This document shows, piece by piece, positions 1 through 11,436 of a DNA stretch of 64,000 nucleotides. Positions within the stretch are counted from its first letter, which is position 1. Each line of letters opens with the position of its first letter. The translations under genes were made by a program, and so were the position numbers. The stretch spans positions 11,780,001-11,844,000 of the forward strand of contig NC_059436.1 of NCBI RefSeq assembly GCF_021028975.2. The letters are read 5' to 3'. Under the pieces are notes generated by a model, which saw only the letters and a list, made by a program, of their open reading frames with translations, did not search any database and was not told the DNA's origin. The stretch comes from Sphaerodactylus townsendi (Eukaryota).

Positions 1-149
1 GCAAATTAACAACTCTGGTTCTAGTATTTTCGATATATTTAGCCTAACTTTTCTAATATTAATCTAAACAAATAGCTTTCTACTTATTTGGCTTACTTGC
101 AATTTGTATGTTAATTTCCACAACATTTATAAATGTTGCCCTTGTTAGC

Positions 150-420
150 ATTAATCTTCTGTTTTCCTCTTTGTTGCTTTCACTGGTTCTGAGAGTTTTT
201 CCATTATCACCGGCTCCCATACTTTATTCGTCTACAGATTATCTGTTGACAGTTTTTTTCCCTTTACAAAAACCTAGCAATTACAAGTTCTGCTGCTAAC
301 AGCAAAAATGCCAAAACAGTTTTAAAACCTCTTCGCTCCCAATGGTTTCCAAACAACTGGAGAAACACCAATTGGATGTTTTAAAATTTGATTCTTTAGA
401 TGTTCTCTATGGTAGAAAAT
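150..420 (-). mobile_element. Degraded L1-clade LINE ORF2 C-terminal fragment
   Basis: Minus strand encodes LLLAAELVIARF then, after disruption, NKVWEPVIMEKL, resembling the 'AAK..IA..WK...W...MEKL' end of vertebrate L1 ORF2. Confidence 0.55.
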
Positions 421-841
421 CCTTTGTTGCAGGAAAGGCTGTGACATATCTCATCCTCGCCACCCAGTCTTGAATGCCTCTGCTCCATTTTTTCATTGCA
501 TCCTGACACAATGAAATTTCTTCGGAGCTGGAATTATCATCAAAGCACACAGTGGAATGCCAAATGCCAATGGGACCATCTTTCCAAAAAAGGTAGCCCC
601 ATCCATATGTTACTCCCTCCTACCCACAGTCCAGGTGGTTTAGACAAAGTACTACCACTGGAAGGCAGACGTACCTGAACAACTCCAGGGGACTCATGTA
701 AGCAAGCATGCAAAGCCATGTGTTACAATAGCAAGAAACTCCCTCCTCAGGGGGTAGTAGGGAGAGGTTGAGTGACTATTTTTCAACTAAATGGCACCAA
801 AACATGGACACAGTGCTGTCTGTCCACTAAAGATCTTCCAA

Positions 842-965
842 GGCCCTTTCTGCACATGCAGAATAATGCACTTTCAATGCACATGGCAACTGCGCGGAAC
901 AGCCAAATCCACTTACAAACAATTATGAAAGTGGAATGAAAGTGCATTATACAGCACATGCAGCA
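842..965. mobile_element. Palindromic PIF/Harbinger-type MITE (degraded)
   Basis: Starts GGCCCTTTCTGCAC. Perfect 14-bp inverted repeat ATAATGCACTTTCA (863-876) / TGAAAGTGCATTAT (937-950). Confidence 0.65.
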
Positions 966-1644
966 CGAATTATAAGGACCCCTGAACAAGGTGTCTCCAG
1001 CTGGGGGCTGGGGGAGGAGCTGGTCTTTGGCGGCTACACAATGGATCAGGCTGAAATTCCTCCCGGTCTTGGCTGTCTATACACTGATGGACCATAGTCA
1101 AAACTTAAGCCAGCCATTGTGGCCCCTTTGAGGCTCCTTGGTGGCAGGGAAGCTGTTGCACTTTGTGAGCCTCCCCAAGTTGCTGGGAAGCCCCTTTGGC
1201 TTGTGGATGGGGCTGCCTGGCCTCTAGGCTGCACTTCTCCATATGGGCAATTCTGTTTTGGTTGAAGATAAGTGGCAGGAAGGCGTTTCTGTAAAATTTC
1301 AGAATTTCAGTCTGTATACACTCATGGGCAGGCATATCTCCTGAAACCTTCCAATCCTCCTGCTGCAGCACTACTTTATGATATGTAACATAAACATTTC
1401 AAAGGTTGAAGTTACAAAAGGGTGCACTGATTTATCTTCAAACAGAAATCAAAGAGAAATGAAAGAGGAAACCCTCGTAGAAAAATAAAACAAAACAGAG
1501 AATAAGGGGAATCAGAATCAGTGACTAGGTCTTAAAAACGGTATTGCGGAAAAGGAATTTGCCCTCCCTGTTACAATACCAATGGAACTTGAATTCAATA
1601 AGAATAAGTTCCATGCTAAGTAGATGCTGTTCAGTGCATGTTCA

Positions 1645-1695
1645 ATGGAATTGTAGTCCATGAACATCTGAGGCATCTGAGTTGGACACCCCTGA
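1645..1695. mobile_element. Right half of hairpin hAT MITE
   Basis: GGAATTGTAGTCCATGAACATCTG...TTGGACACCCCTG matches the right arm of the full copy at 24774-24917. Confidence 0.7.
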
Positions 1696-2261
1696 TCTAG
1701 GGCAATAAGTCAGGAATGCATTTTTAGTTTTAAATATTTTCATTTTTGTTTAATCTTATTGAATGATATCTACTTGGAGGAATATTTTTGGGAGTACAAG
1801 GTGTTCTATGGATGGGGATGTGACTGCTGCTGTATGGATTTTGTCTACTGATATCTTATTATTCATTTATTTCATTTATTTTTAAGGCCTTCCTGTTCTG
1901 TACTTGTGAGTCATAATTCACGAGAATGTCGAGAAGAATGAAAATACAGAATACGATATCAAGCTGTAAGTAAAGCTAGCAGAATAAAATCAATAGCAAA
2001 GTTCCAACATAATTAACAATGAACAGATTACAATTTTCAAGATTTTTTTAATTAAATATACCTACAAGCAGAAACAATGTTGATGACTAAAACCAGTAAA
2101 CAGTTGCAGAATTCATATAGTCTCCAATGTCTTTTGCAAGTTTTATTTTGTCTGACACAAGTTTGTTCTCATGTTTGTGTACTCTTCCTGTCTCCTCTTG
2201 TGAGTGGAACGGAAGGTTTCCTGAATTGGGAAGCCTTTAATAAAAGTACGATTGGCTGTAT

Positions 2262-2440
2262 TTTATTAGCTATTGATACTCTACTTTTTGCCCCAACAGG
2301 GAACAAAAGCAGTTTAAATGGCATTCTTCCTTCTTCCATTTTATCCTCACACCTATTACTTGCTAAGGCAAATTAGTGTGAGAGAGAACGAGTGGTCCAA
2401 GGTTACCCAGGGAGCTTCTACTGGCAGAGAAGAGAATCTC
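2262..2440 (-). mobile_element. Old CORE-type (MIR-like) squamate SINE fragment
   Basis: CCATTTTATCCTCAC...GAGAGA...GGTCCAAGGTTACCCAG, shared with other copies in the window. Confidence 0.6.
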
Positions 2441-4113
2441 CCAGTTCCAAATCTTACCCTTGCGAATCATTCTCTCATGCTGGTTTTCTGAATCATCTAA
2501 AAACTGGAGTTCACTTCCTCCCCATAATCTGAGATTCTAAGACACGGCTAAATCTCACCCGAGAATCCTGATTTGAGAGGAGGGAACCCAGTTTGTTCAG
2601 GTACTTTGGAGATGGAGGTAAATGTAAACTGTGGAGTTTGACTGAGGGCTTCCCAAAGCAAGATGTGCCAGGCATCAGGGAAAAGGAGGTAGACGGGAGC
2701 TTACAATGGGACAACAAGCTGAGTTGATGTTTGTCATGGATGGACAGAGATTTTTCATGAGTCTGGAATGTAGACAATGTCACTCCTAGAGTGGACATGT
2801 GATAATACAAACACAGCCTACTCCTTGCTTCTGGGTGCTTTCGCCATTATTTTACTGAACCAAACACAGACAGGAGAACTAGAAAGACAAGCAGGAGTCT
2901 GGGCTTACATCTATATTCTAAGCAGAAATGCTACAAATCCCCACAGCCTGTTATTTGCTTGTTTTCTTCATTTATAGCCCATCTTTCTTGCTCACAGACT
3001 GACTCAAAGCAGATCATATGGTTAAAACAATTCAATAAGAACAACAGAAAATAAGCAACCAACAGTACATAAATGGATTTTAAATTGGATAACAATGTAC
3101 TAAAAACAGTACCATAAGGACAGCTACAGAGCTGGACTGTAAAAACAGGAGAACAATGCAAAACAACAACAACAACAACAACGAAAGGAACAAAGGAAAG
3201 AAAACTGCCTTTAAAAATATGGATATTAACTGCAACTTTATTCACTTTACAAAAATGCCCTCCTGAAGAATAACAGTTTACACATTATAGGAATACCCGT
3301 CTCCCACCCTCCAGCTATGAGAATCAGTGGGAGAAAAAAATGGTCAAGGTGTTCATAATACTTTTATTCAGCCTTTTTCTCCTATGAAAAGGAGTGCCCC
3401 TTTATTTTGAACATGGTGTTTATAGCTTGGCTAAGCTATGCGCGCACACACCCACACACCACCGCCATTTGAACCAATAAACCTCTGATTCATCTCATAA
3501 TTTTTCAGCTTTTGGGAGTTCATTTTGGATAATGTTAATTTTTGTTTCAAAATGTCCAGAAAATGTTGTCTTTCATGGGTTTTTTTCCCTCCTTGTTCAG
3601 TCTGACATTTTCCTCTTGTAACATGTTACCTGACCCATCACAGAACATCTTACCTTTATCTACACAGCTACCTCCCCTCTCCTGATATTAAGCCCTTGTG
3701 CAAACGAGGTCTAATTGGTCCATTCTTTGTAATTACTCTTTCCAGAGGTGCCCGCTCCATCAACAGCCGGTTGGCAATTTGCATCAATATTATTGATTTC
3801 AGTTTCAGTTTCCAGCCATCAATACCAAAACACTGATAAATACAAACATGGTCCGGGACCATCTTCCTGATTGCTTTGCGTCACTTTGGCTCTGCTTTCA
3901 GGCACTTTTCCTACTGTCTGTCTCCTTCAAAGCAAAATGTTCCTTTTTGGCATTGGATGGTAGTTAGACTAGACAATAATCAATCAATGCACTGTTTAAG
4001 CCACTGGACTCATGCAAGGATACACAATGAGCATAACTGTTCCAAAATCCCATCTAAGGCAAATCTCTTTGAGTAGTAATAATTCCAAAGGAGTTATGAT
4101 GTTATGCCTTGAA

Positions 4114-4310
4114 CTGGATAGCCTTGGCTAGCCCAGTATTTTCAGATTTCAGAAGCTAAGTACTGATGGCCCTAACACATATTTGGATGGGAGACCTCCA
4201 AGGAATGCTGGAGGGAAGACACAGAAGCAGGTATTGGCAAATCATCTCTGAATGTGTCTGGCCTTGAAAACCCTGTGGGGTCACCATGAGTCGGCTGTGA
4301 CGTGACAAAG
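4114..4310 (+). mobile_element. 5S rRNA-derived SINE (5S-Sauria type)
   Basis: 5S-like head CAGAAGCTAAG...TTTGGATGGGAGACCTCCAAGGAAT followed by Sauria-like body GGCAAATCATCTCTG...CCTTGAAAACCCT. Confidence 0.8.
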
Positions 4311-4551
4311 AAGAAAAGGCCATGTTACTCAGCTGAGACAAAATAAAATAGAACAAAGTAAAAAAAAACCCAGAAAACTAAGTCTTGTGACATCTTAAAG
4401 GTTATCAAGTATTAATTGTGGTGTAAAGTTTTTTTTTTTTGCAGACTAGTACCCTTTCTCCAGGAAATACATTCTGGTAGGATGTCTGATCAGGGTTTTA
4501 ACGGGAAAACATACCACTGGCAGAAAGGTGGTTCATTGTTAACACTCCAAA

Positions 4552-5108
4552 CTTCATTTGGCATACTGTGCAGTTCTGGCCATTGTGACTCAAAAAGGAT
4601 ATTGTAGAAGTGGAAAAAAATCCAAAGGAGGACAATCAAGATAATTAGGAAGGTGAAGCACCTTCCCGACATGGAAAGACAGGACAGACTGGGTCTTTTC
4701 AGTCTAGAAACGAAAGGGCTAATGGGGGAAATGATACAGATATATAATATAGAACTCAGGGGAACCCACAAAACTATAATAAAGCTGTGGTTTACTAGGT
4801 TCAGAAAGAGTGAACAGTGCAATTCATTGCCAGGGGAAGTAGTGATAGATAGCTTTAAAAGGGGCTAGAGACAGATTTATGGGATGGGTCTAACAGTGGC
4901 TAGTAGTCATGGTGACTAAAGGTGACTCCATCTACAGAGGCAACAAACCTCTGAACACCAGTGTTGGGAGGTAGCAGCAGGGAAATGCCTCAGCTTCTAT
5001 CTCCTGTTTGCTTAGCCCTCCAGGATAATTGGTTTGCTGCTGCATGAAATAGTATGCTGGACTAGATGGACCTCTGGTCTGCTCCAGTAGGCTCTTGTTA
5101 TGTTCTTA
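4552..5108 (+). mobile_element. CR1 LINE 3' fragment (older subfamily)
   Basis: TACTGTGCAGTTCTGG (YCVQFW-like), RLGLFSLE..L.G.MI peptide in ORF 4653-4868, tail ...CTTGTTATGTTCTTA. Confidence 0.85.
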
Positions 5109-5138
5109 CTGATTGGTTAATCTAGCTCATTATTACCT

Positions 5139-5376
5139 AGGGATGTCTGCCAGCCTTTAGGTGGGACCTGAAGGTCCCCCACAATTATAGGTGATCTCCA
5201 GACTCCAGAGATCAGTTCTTCTGGAGAAAATAAATGCTTTGGAGGGTGAACTCCATGGCATTGTACCCCACTAATGTCTCTGTCCTCCCCTTAATTTCCA
5301 GGAATTTCTCAATCTGGATCTGGTAACCCTAGCCCCCATCCCCTATTAGTGGTCAGGAGAAACCTAGGAAACCCTA
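5139..5376. mobile_element. Non-autonomous hAT element with TAGGGTTGCCA-type ends (Blackjack/MER81-like TIR)
   Basis: Body (GATCTCCAGACTCCAGAGATCAGTT...GCTTTGGAGGGT) is the reverse complement of the copies at 19715 and 53042; ends TAGGGA.../...AACCCTA. Confidence 0.7.
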
Positions 5377-5424
5377 TTATTACCAGTTCTGCCTGATAAC
5401 AGCAAAGACCTGTTCTGAAGACCT

Positions 5425-5704
5425 GAGAGCCAGTGTGGTGTAGTGGTTAAGAGCAGGTGGATTCTAATCTGGAGTACCGGGTTTGATTCTCCACCCAAGT
5501 GGCAGAGGCTTATCTGGTGAACCAGATGTGTTTTCGCACTCCTACATTTCTGCTGGGTGACCTTGGGCTAATCTCTCAGCCCCACCTCCCTCAGAAGGTG
5601 TCTATTGTGGGGAGAGGAAGGGAAAGGAGCTTGTAAGCCACCTTGAGTCTCCTTTCAGGAGAGAAAGTTGGGATATAAATCCAAACTCCTCCTCCTCTTC
5701 TTCT
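5425..5704 (+). mobile_element. Squam3-type tRNA-head CORE SINE
   Basis: A box GGTGTAGTGGTT, B box GGTTTGATTC, core GCTGGGTGACCTTGGGC, tail ATAAATCCAAAC(TCC/TTC)n. Confidence 0.9.
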
Positions 5705-6441
5705 CAACAGCAGCTACTTGAGATCTTTCAATGGGAAATGCCTGAGATCTTTGGGATGTAACACCAGCAATCCACTCTGAACCCCTCCCTAAAATAAAGA
5801 GGGTCTGAGCAGCAAAAAAAAGAGAGAGTTCTTTTTTTTTCCGTTTTTCATCCCTCTCTTCGACTGGGTTGAATGTGCTGCTTTCAAAGCAAACGTCAAA
5901 AAAGCAAAGAACATTCGGGGTAGCAGTTGCTTTTTATTCACTTAGGGATTTTAACTGGAGTTTTCCAGGAGGGAAGTGAAGCAAAGCTATCTTGGGCATC
6001 TGTTCATGTTTTAATTTATACCTTTCTACTTCTGAATTATTGTTTTAATGTCATCGCCCCAAAAGTCTGCAGACAGAAAGGCAATAAATAAGTATTTTTA
6101 AAAAAATATATATATATAAAGGCATTACATCCCAGATCCCAGCTCTGTGTTTGATTAATGGCCCTATCCTTTTAAACACCTTCTGGCATGATTTTCAGGA
6201 AAACAACCTCAAGCAGTAGTGAAAAGAAACACAACTGTATTCAATCTGAAAAGGAAGAAAAAATGGTTGTTCTGAGCTGACACCTGGATGCTGTAGGCAG
6301 AGAGTAAAATGCAAGCAGGGGAGAGACGTGGTTTTGAGAAAGGCCTTTGGATAGAGGCATGTACTACATAAAACATACAGGTAAGAAATTGCTTGTCTGA
6401 AAATGTGCCCACGCTCACATCTTACCGACATCATTTGAACT

Positions 6442-6935
6442 CGGGAGCCAGAGTGGTGCAGTGGTTAGAACATGAGTGTCAAACATGCTGCCTGCGGATT
6501 GGATCTGATTCCTTGAGAGGGCTTATTCAGTCCACAAGCCATCTGAGGCACCCCCACCCCCATTCCTGATCTGGTGAGTTTGCTGTGGGCTCAGTCTAGG
6601 CACCTACCCATGAGCTCCCAATCTGACTTGCTGAGTCAATCCCCCCCCCATTGCCAATTTGGGCAGTGCCACCCCCCTGGTCTGGCCTGGAAAGCTTGCT
6701 ATAGGCTCTCCCATTCAGGCATCCTCTCCTCCCAATCAGGCCTGGTACCCCACCCCCCAACCCCCCCCCCACCTCCAGAATCTTTTGAACTTTGAAGATA
6801 GGACAGATCTGGGAGACCCAGATTTGAATTGCCACACAGTGATGGAAGTTTGCTGGGTGATGGACCTGGGCCCATCACACCCTTCGGCCTAACCTACCTC
6901 ACAGAGTTCTTATAGTGAGTATAAAATGCAAGAGG
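6442..6935 (+). mobile_element. Old CORE SINE split by a hAT MITE (MITE about 6470-6790)
   Basis: SINE head GGGAGCCAGAGTGGTGCAGTGGTTAGA (6442-6468) resumes at about 6800 (GATCTGGGAGACCCAG...CCTAACCTACCTCACAG). The insert starts GTGTCAAAC and shares CCTTGAGAGGGCTTAT with 61960-62230. Confidence 0.7.
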
Positions 6936-7502
6936 GCAACTATGCCCCTGGTCATAGCCACTGGGCGCTACGCCACTGCTCATAGCCCACAGCTCACAGC
7001 ATTGAGTGAGAGGCCCACTGGAGCCAGGATATAGTCTACTGTACCATTTTCCTGTTGGCTTATTTCAGACATATTTTGGAAATTGTTTTTGGTCCCCCTA
7101 CTTATGAGGGGATTCTCGTCAGTCTCTTACGTTGCTACCTCCTTTTGATTTTATGTATTTGGCACCTTTTAATGTCACCTGATAATTGAGATTCTTCAGG
7201 TATTTTACAAAAAACTCCCACCATACAATAATATAATAGAAATAACCTGAAACAAACAATTATATCCATTATAATAATACTAATAGCAACTGAACTAAAA
7301 CCAATCATTGAAGTGCAAACATGAAAAAATAATGATTTTTTTTAAAAAAGGAAACAACAGTAGATAAAAGGAATTAAGGGAAAAAATTCATGGAACAAGC
7401 TAAAACAATAATTATTGCCAAATGTCTGCCAAAATAATAATATAACATTTCATTTAGTAGCTAAAAGTCAACAACAAAACTGCCTGGAGACTAGGCAGGT
7501 AA

Positions 7503-7575
7503 TGAGCCCTTTGTACTTCCATATGCCTGGATGAAGCCTTTCCACTTCCATATGCAATAGGTGAGGCCTTTGCAC
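7503..7575. repeat. Short minisatellite, about 29-30 bp unit x2.5
   Basis: TGAGCCCTTTGTACTTCCATATGC / TGAAGCCTTTCCACTTCCATATGC / TGAGGCCTTTGCAC. Confidence 0.8.
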
Positions 7576-7957
7576 AGTCACAATTACTGTCCAGAACCAT
7601 AGAAAAGTACCGGTACTCAGCAGAGCAGAGCAGAGCAGGGCAAATTCACTGGGTAAGGAAAGCTCCAGAGAACGCCACCGTTTGATACAAAGAAATAATA
7701 TAATGCAAAATCATACAATGGGGAGGGAGAGCATTGAGCTGTAGATTGAAATGAAATGGGAGTTTATGGGATTTGTGAAAGAACACAACACAAAAGCTGC
7801 CTTATAGTGAGTCAGATCATTAGTAGGTCAATATTGCCTACTCTGACTGGTGGTGGGTTTCCAGGACCTCAGTTTGAGATTGTTGTGAAGGGGAGGGCAT
7901 CAGTAGTGGAGTCTGGGCCCTGTAAATGGGTATTAACGTCAGCTTCCATTGATAGAT

Positions 7958-8232
7958 GAGCACTGTGGTGCAGAGTGGTAAGCTGAAACTCTGCTCAAGA
8001 CTTGAGTTTGATTCCAGTGGAAGTTGGTTTCAGGTAGCCCAGTGCAAGGTTGACTCAGCCTTCCATCCGTCCAAGGACAGTAAAATGAGTGTCCAACTTG
8101 CTGGGGGTAAAGTGTAGAGGACTAAGGCAGGCAATGGCAAACCACCTCATTAACATAGCCTGTCTAGTAAATGTTGTGATGTGACATCAGTAATGGCCTG
8201 GCCTTGCATAGGGACTACCTTTCCCTTTACCT
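7958..8232 (+). mobile_element. Sauria SINE
   Basis: AAGGTTGACTCAGCCTTCCATCC...GTAAAATGAGT...GCAATGGCAAACCACC...GGGACTACCTTTCCCTTTACCT tail. Confidence 0.9.
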
Positions 8233-9264
8233 CCATTTATAGACTTGCATGGTTACATTAGGAGTGAGAAACAACACCAGGGACAGCTCCCTTGTAGAGA
8301 AGTGGCACCAAGTGAAAAAAACCCTCAACAGAAGCAGCTAAAAGTGCCTTAGAAGTAGCAGCAGAAGCACCAGCTGGGAAAATAACATGGCAACTGAAAA
8401 ATGAACCCTGATAGTCTGTTTTGAGTTTTGTTGGAATTGAGCTTTCCAATAAATCTTTAAAAAAGACACCTGACCATAGCTGCCACCATTGTTTTTTTTC
8501 ACATAGACATATTTTCTTCCCAGAAATGTCAAGCTAAGTATGCAGTAGTCACTTAACCTAGGAAATCCCAGAACAGGCACACACTTCACACTGCACAATA
8601 CACATCCCCGCCCCCCCCCACCACCATGCCACACTTTCATTCTCCATTCCTTCAGGCTCTCAAAACAACTCTAAAACTCAGAAAGCACACTCAAGATTGT
8701 GGCAAGCAAATTAGTTACCCAACACAATCCTTTTCATCATACTGTGCACCCATATTTACGAGCAAAGCTTTTGATTGAGAAACCAGGGCATGTTATTTAG
8801 TCATTGTAGATCAACATTATATTCAGTCACCAGGAGAGAGAAATTTCCACAACATCTAGTGATTGAACACTCTTGTTTACATGCCCTTAGTGTCCGGCTC
8901 TGACGCAGGCAGCATATTTATGAGACAGACACACTACATATTTATTGTAGATGACAACGATTCCCTAAACTCCAAAAACAGACATCATTTACCTTTTAGT
9001 GTCTTTTTTTCCTTGCGAAACTTTTGAATTCACAAATTGACTTTATCCTGCTGGTTTTAAAATGTATTCATTTTCAGGACAGAAGTACTCAGTGTAGGCC
9101 TAGCTATTTATCTCTTCTGTGGAAACTTATGGGAAACAAAGACTCAGAAATGGAAAAGTCATGATTGGTTAAGCTTAGACTTATTAGCTCATTAGCTGGT
9201 AGAACTGTTCTTGAGTTTTGCTCGAAGAGGAGACTGCCTATATGAAAGCTCCCTCCCAACCACA

Positions 9265-9463
9265 TAAGGATGCCAGCCTCCAAGAGGGACCCACAGATCT
9301 CCTGGAATTACAACCAATTTCCAGATTATAGAGATCAGTTCCCATGAAGGAAATGGCAGCTTTAGAGGGAAGGCTCCAGAGCATCGCACCTCTGCTGAAG
9401 TCCCTCCCCTCCCAAAACTCCACCCCAAGACTCCACCCCCGACTTTCCAGGAATTTCCCAACT
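9265..9463. mobile_element. TAGGGTTGCCA-type hAT non-autonomous element (partial)
   Basis: GATGCCAGCCTCCAAG...GAGATCAGTTCCC...CCAGGAATTTCCCAAC, same family as 5139. Confidence 0.75.
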
Positions 9464-10005
9464 TCTGTGACAAAAACAGAATTTCTTAAGCTGAAATTGG
9501 CAATCAATGTTTCTCATAAATTGCGCGTGTGTGCAGCCCCATATTGGTGCTATGCAGATAAGGGGCCGCCCAGCAGGGGAAGCCCTCCCAGATGGCTCAG
9601 TTCCATGCAACGTTTTGGAACTTCCACACAACACCAGGGAAGGATTAGAAGGTAAGTTGTTGGCAATTGTGGCGATCCCCCTCCCCCTCCTGTGGTTGCC
9701 AAGGAGACAAGTCCGTCCCACCGGGCCCCTTTCCTCGAGGTGATGGACTCTCTGCGCCTGTGCCCTCTCGGTCTTTGGGGCTCTCAATGCGGGCAGCTGC
9801 CTTAGCCACAGGGTGTTTCCCTCGAGGGGTGAGGGGCAGCCCTCACTCCCCTGGGGTTTTTCCCCCCTACTGGGGTGTGGGAGTGGCTTGCCCCTCTACA
9901 GGTAAAAGTGTGCTGCCCTCTTCCCCAGCCAGCTGCTCCCTCCTTGGACTCTTCTCTTCCCTCACCAAGTGACCTCCCTCCTGCGACTCCCCTCTTCATG
10001 CTCTC

Positions 10006-10190
10006 CTCTCTCTGCCCTCCCTCCTTTCTTGCTCCTCGCTTCATCTCTCTCTCACTCCTCCCTCCTCCTCCTGCTCCTCCACTCCCCTCTCTCACTCCTC
10101 CTCTTTCTGCTCTTTCCTGGGCTCTCTCTCACTCCTTCCCTCCTTCTTGCTCCTCCGCTTCTCTCTCACTACCTTCTTTCCCTCTGCTTC
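10006..10190. repeat. Degenerate polypyrimidine minisatellite (about 38-40 bp x5)
   Basis: Units resembling CTCTCTCTCACTCCTCCCTCCTTCTTGCTCCTCC start at about 10006, 10045, 10087, 10122 and 10161. Confidence 0.7.
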
Positions 10191-10259
10191 GTCACTCCTT
10201 CTCTCTCTCGTCCACCTCCCTTTCCCCACAATAAGCTTTCCGGGACTCTTCTCCCTGGG

Positions 10260-10620
10260 TTCTCCTTCTGCGACAACCCTCCCACGCCTGCTGCGGCCAG
10301 CCTCACTTCTCCCCGGTGGTTCTTGCCTTTTTAAGCTCTCTCCCTTGGAGCCTTCGGGGGCGGTCCCAGCTCTGTTAGCTGCTGCCCCGGCTGCGTTCCC
10401 TCGGGCGGGACAGGAGGCGCTGCAGCTGCCGGGCTAAGCCAAGCAGCTGCCTGCACAAGGCTTCTGTCGCTTCGTCAAGCCTGCCGGCTCTGGGCTGATG
10501 CTTTCTAAGCCGCTGGGTCGGGCTTGCACCGGCCGGCTGTTGTACGCGGTTGGCGGCCCCAGTCTTCCCAGGCCATCAGAGGTCTGGGGGCTTTAGCCAA
10601 GGGCTGGGCACCTCGACAGC
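10260..10620. promoter_or_regulatory. CpG-island-like block with GC boxes (candidate promoter)
   Basis: About 23 CpG in about 360 bp by manual count, against a CpG-poor background. GGGCGG at about 10358 and 10403. No recognisable TE ends. Confidence 0.45.
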
Positions 10621-10961
10621 AAATGACAGCAATGGTACTGCCAAATGATGCTGCCTAGAAAAATATAGTGTATCAGGAAGATGTTTATGCTAGAAGCTGT
10701 CTTCATAAAATTGGGTTTTCTATGTGCGGGGTGCTATTTATGTGGAGGGTGCTATGCGATGTGGAGGAAGTATTTAGTCACACGATTCATCTCATCTCCC
10801 AGTTATCTGAAATTATACAATCCAGAAAATGTCCTTGTCTAGCAAACACTAGGCAGTTATCTATTAATGCTGCATATATATGCTCACATCTATGTACTCT
10901 GTCAGTCTAATTCTAATAATGTTTTCTCAGAAGGAAGTGCCATTGAATGCCATGGAACAAA

Positions 10962-11436
10962 GGCCCTTTCCGCACAGGCCAATAAACATGGGTTGGGGGA
11001 ACTTCACATGGATCCTGCTCTTAATGCGAGTCTGCTCCACATTTTCCCCCCAACCCAGGTTTTTCAAGAATCTCACTATCAGCAATTCTTTTGTTTTAAC
11101 GCACCTCGCAGCTGCGGCCAAGCGAATGGCTGGGCAGGAGGTGTGTTATTTGGCTGCACTTTTCGCTGTTTCTCTACCTCCTGGCTCTCATCTGCGGAGG
11201 CACACAGGCACTTCTGCTGTCGGCAAGGCTCTGGGGGTGCATGTATGCCTACCTGCATAGCTGCGCACCAGTGGGAAGTAGGTACAAAAAAAGGACATGC
11301 CTCTGCCCAAAGAAGTGTCGGTGGCCTGCGTTAGCTCCAGAGCTGCCTGCATGGAGGTGTGTGAACAGCCTGGGGCTGCACTGGGCTCATGTACCCCAGC
11401 AGCACCCACCGTTTATTGGCCCATGTGGAAAGGGCT
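10962..11436. mobile_element. PIF/Harbinger-type MITE
   Basis: TIRs GGCCCTTTCCGCACAGGCCAATAAAC / GTTTATTGGCCCATGTGGAAAGGGCT. Confidence 0.8.

Noticed and set aside
4114-4210. 5S rRNA-like and tRNA-like sequences (here and at other SINE heads)
   Set aside because: Diverged heads fused to SINE bodies; not functional rRNA or tRNA genes.
9344-10437. Cluster of 90-140 aa ORFs
   Set aside because: Low-complexity, GC-rich or TE-derived frames with no recognisable domain.
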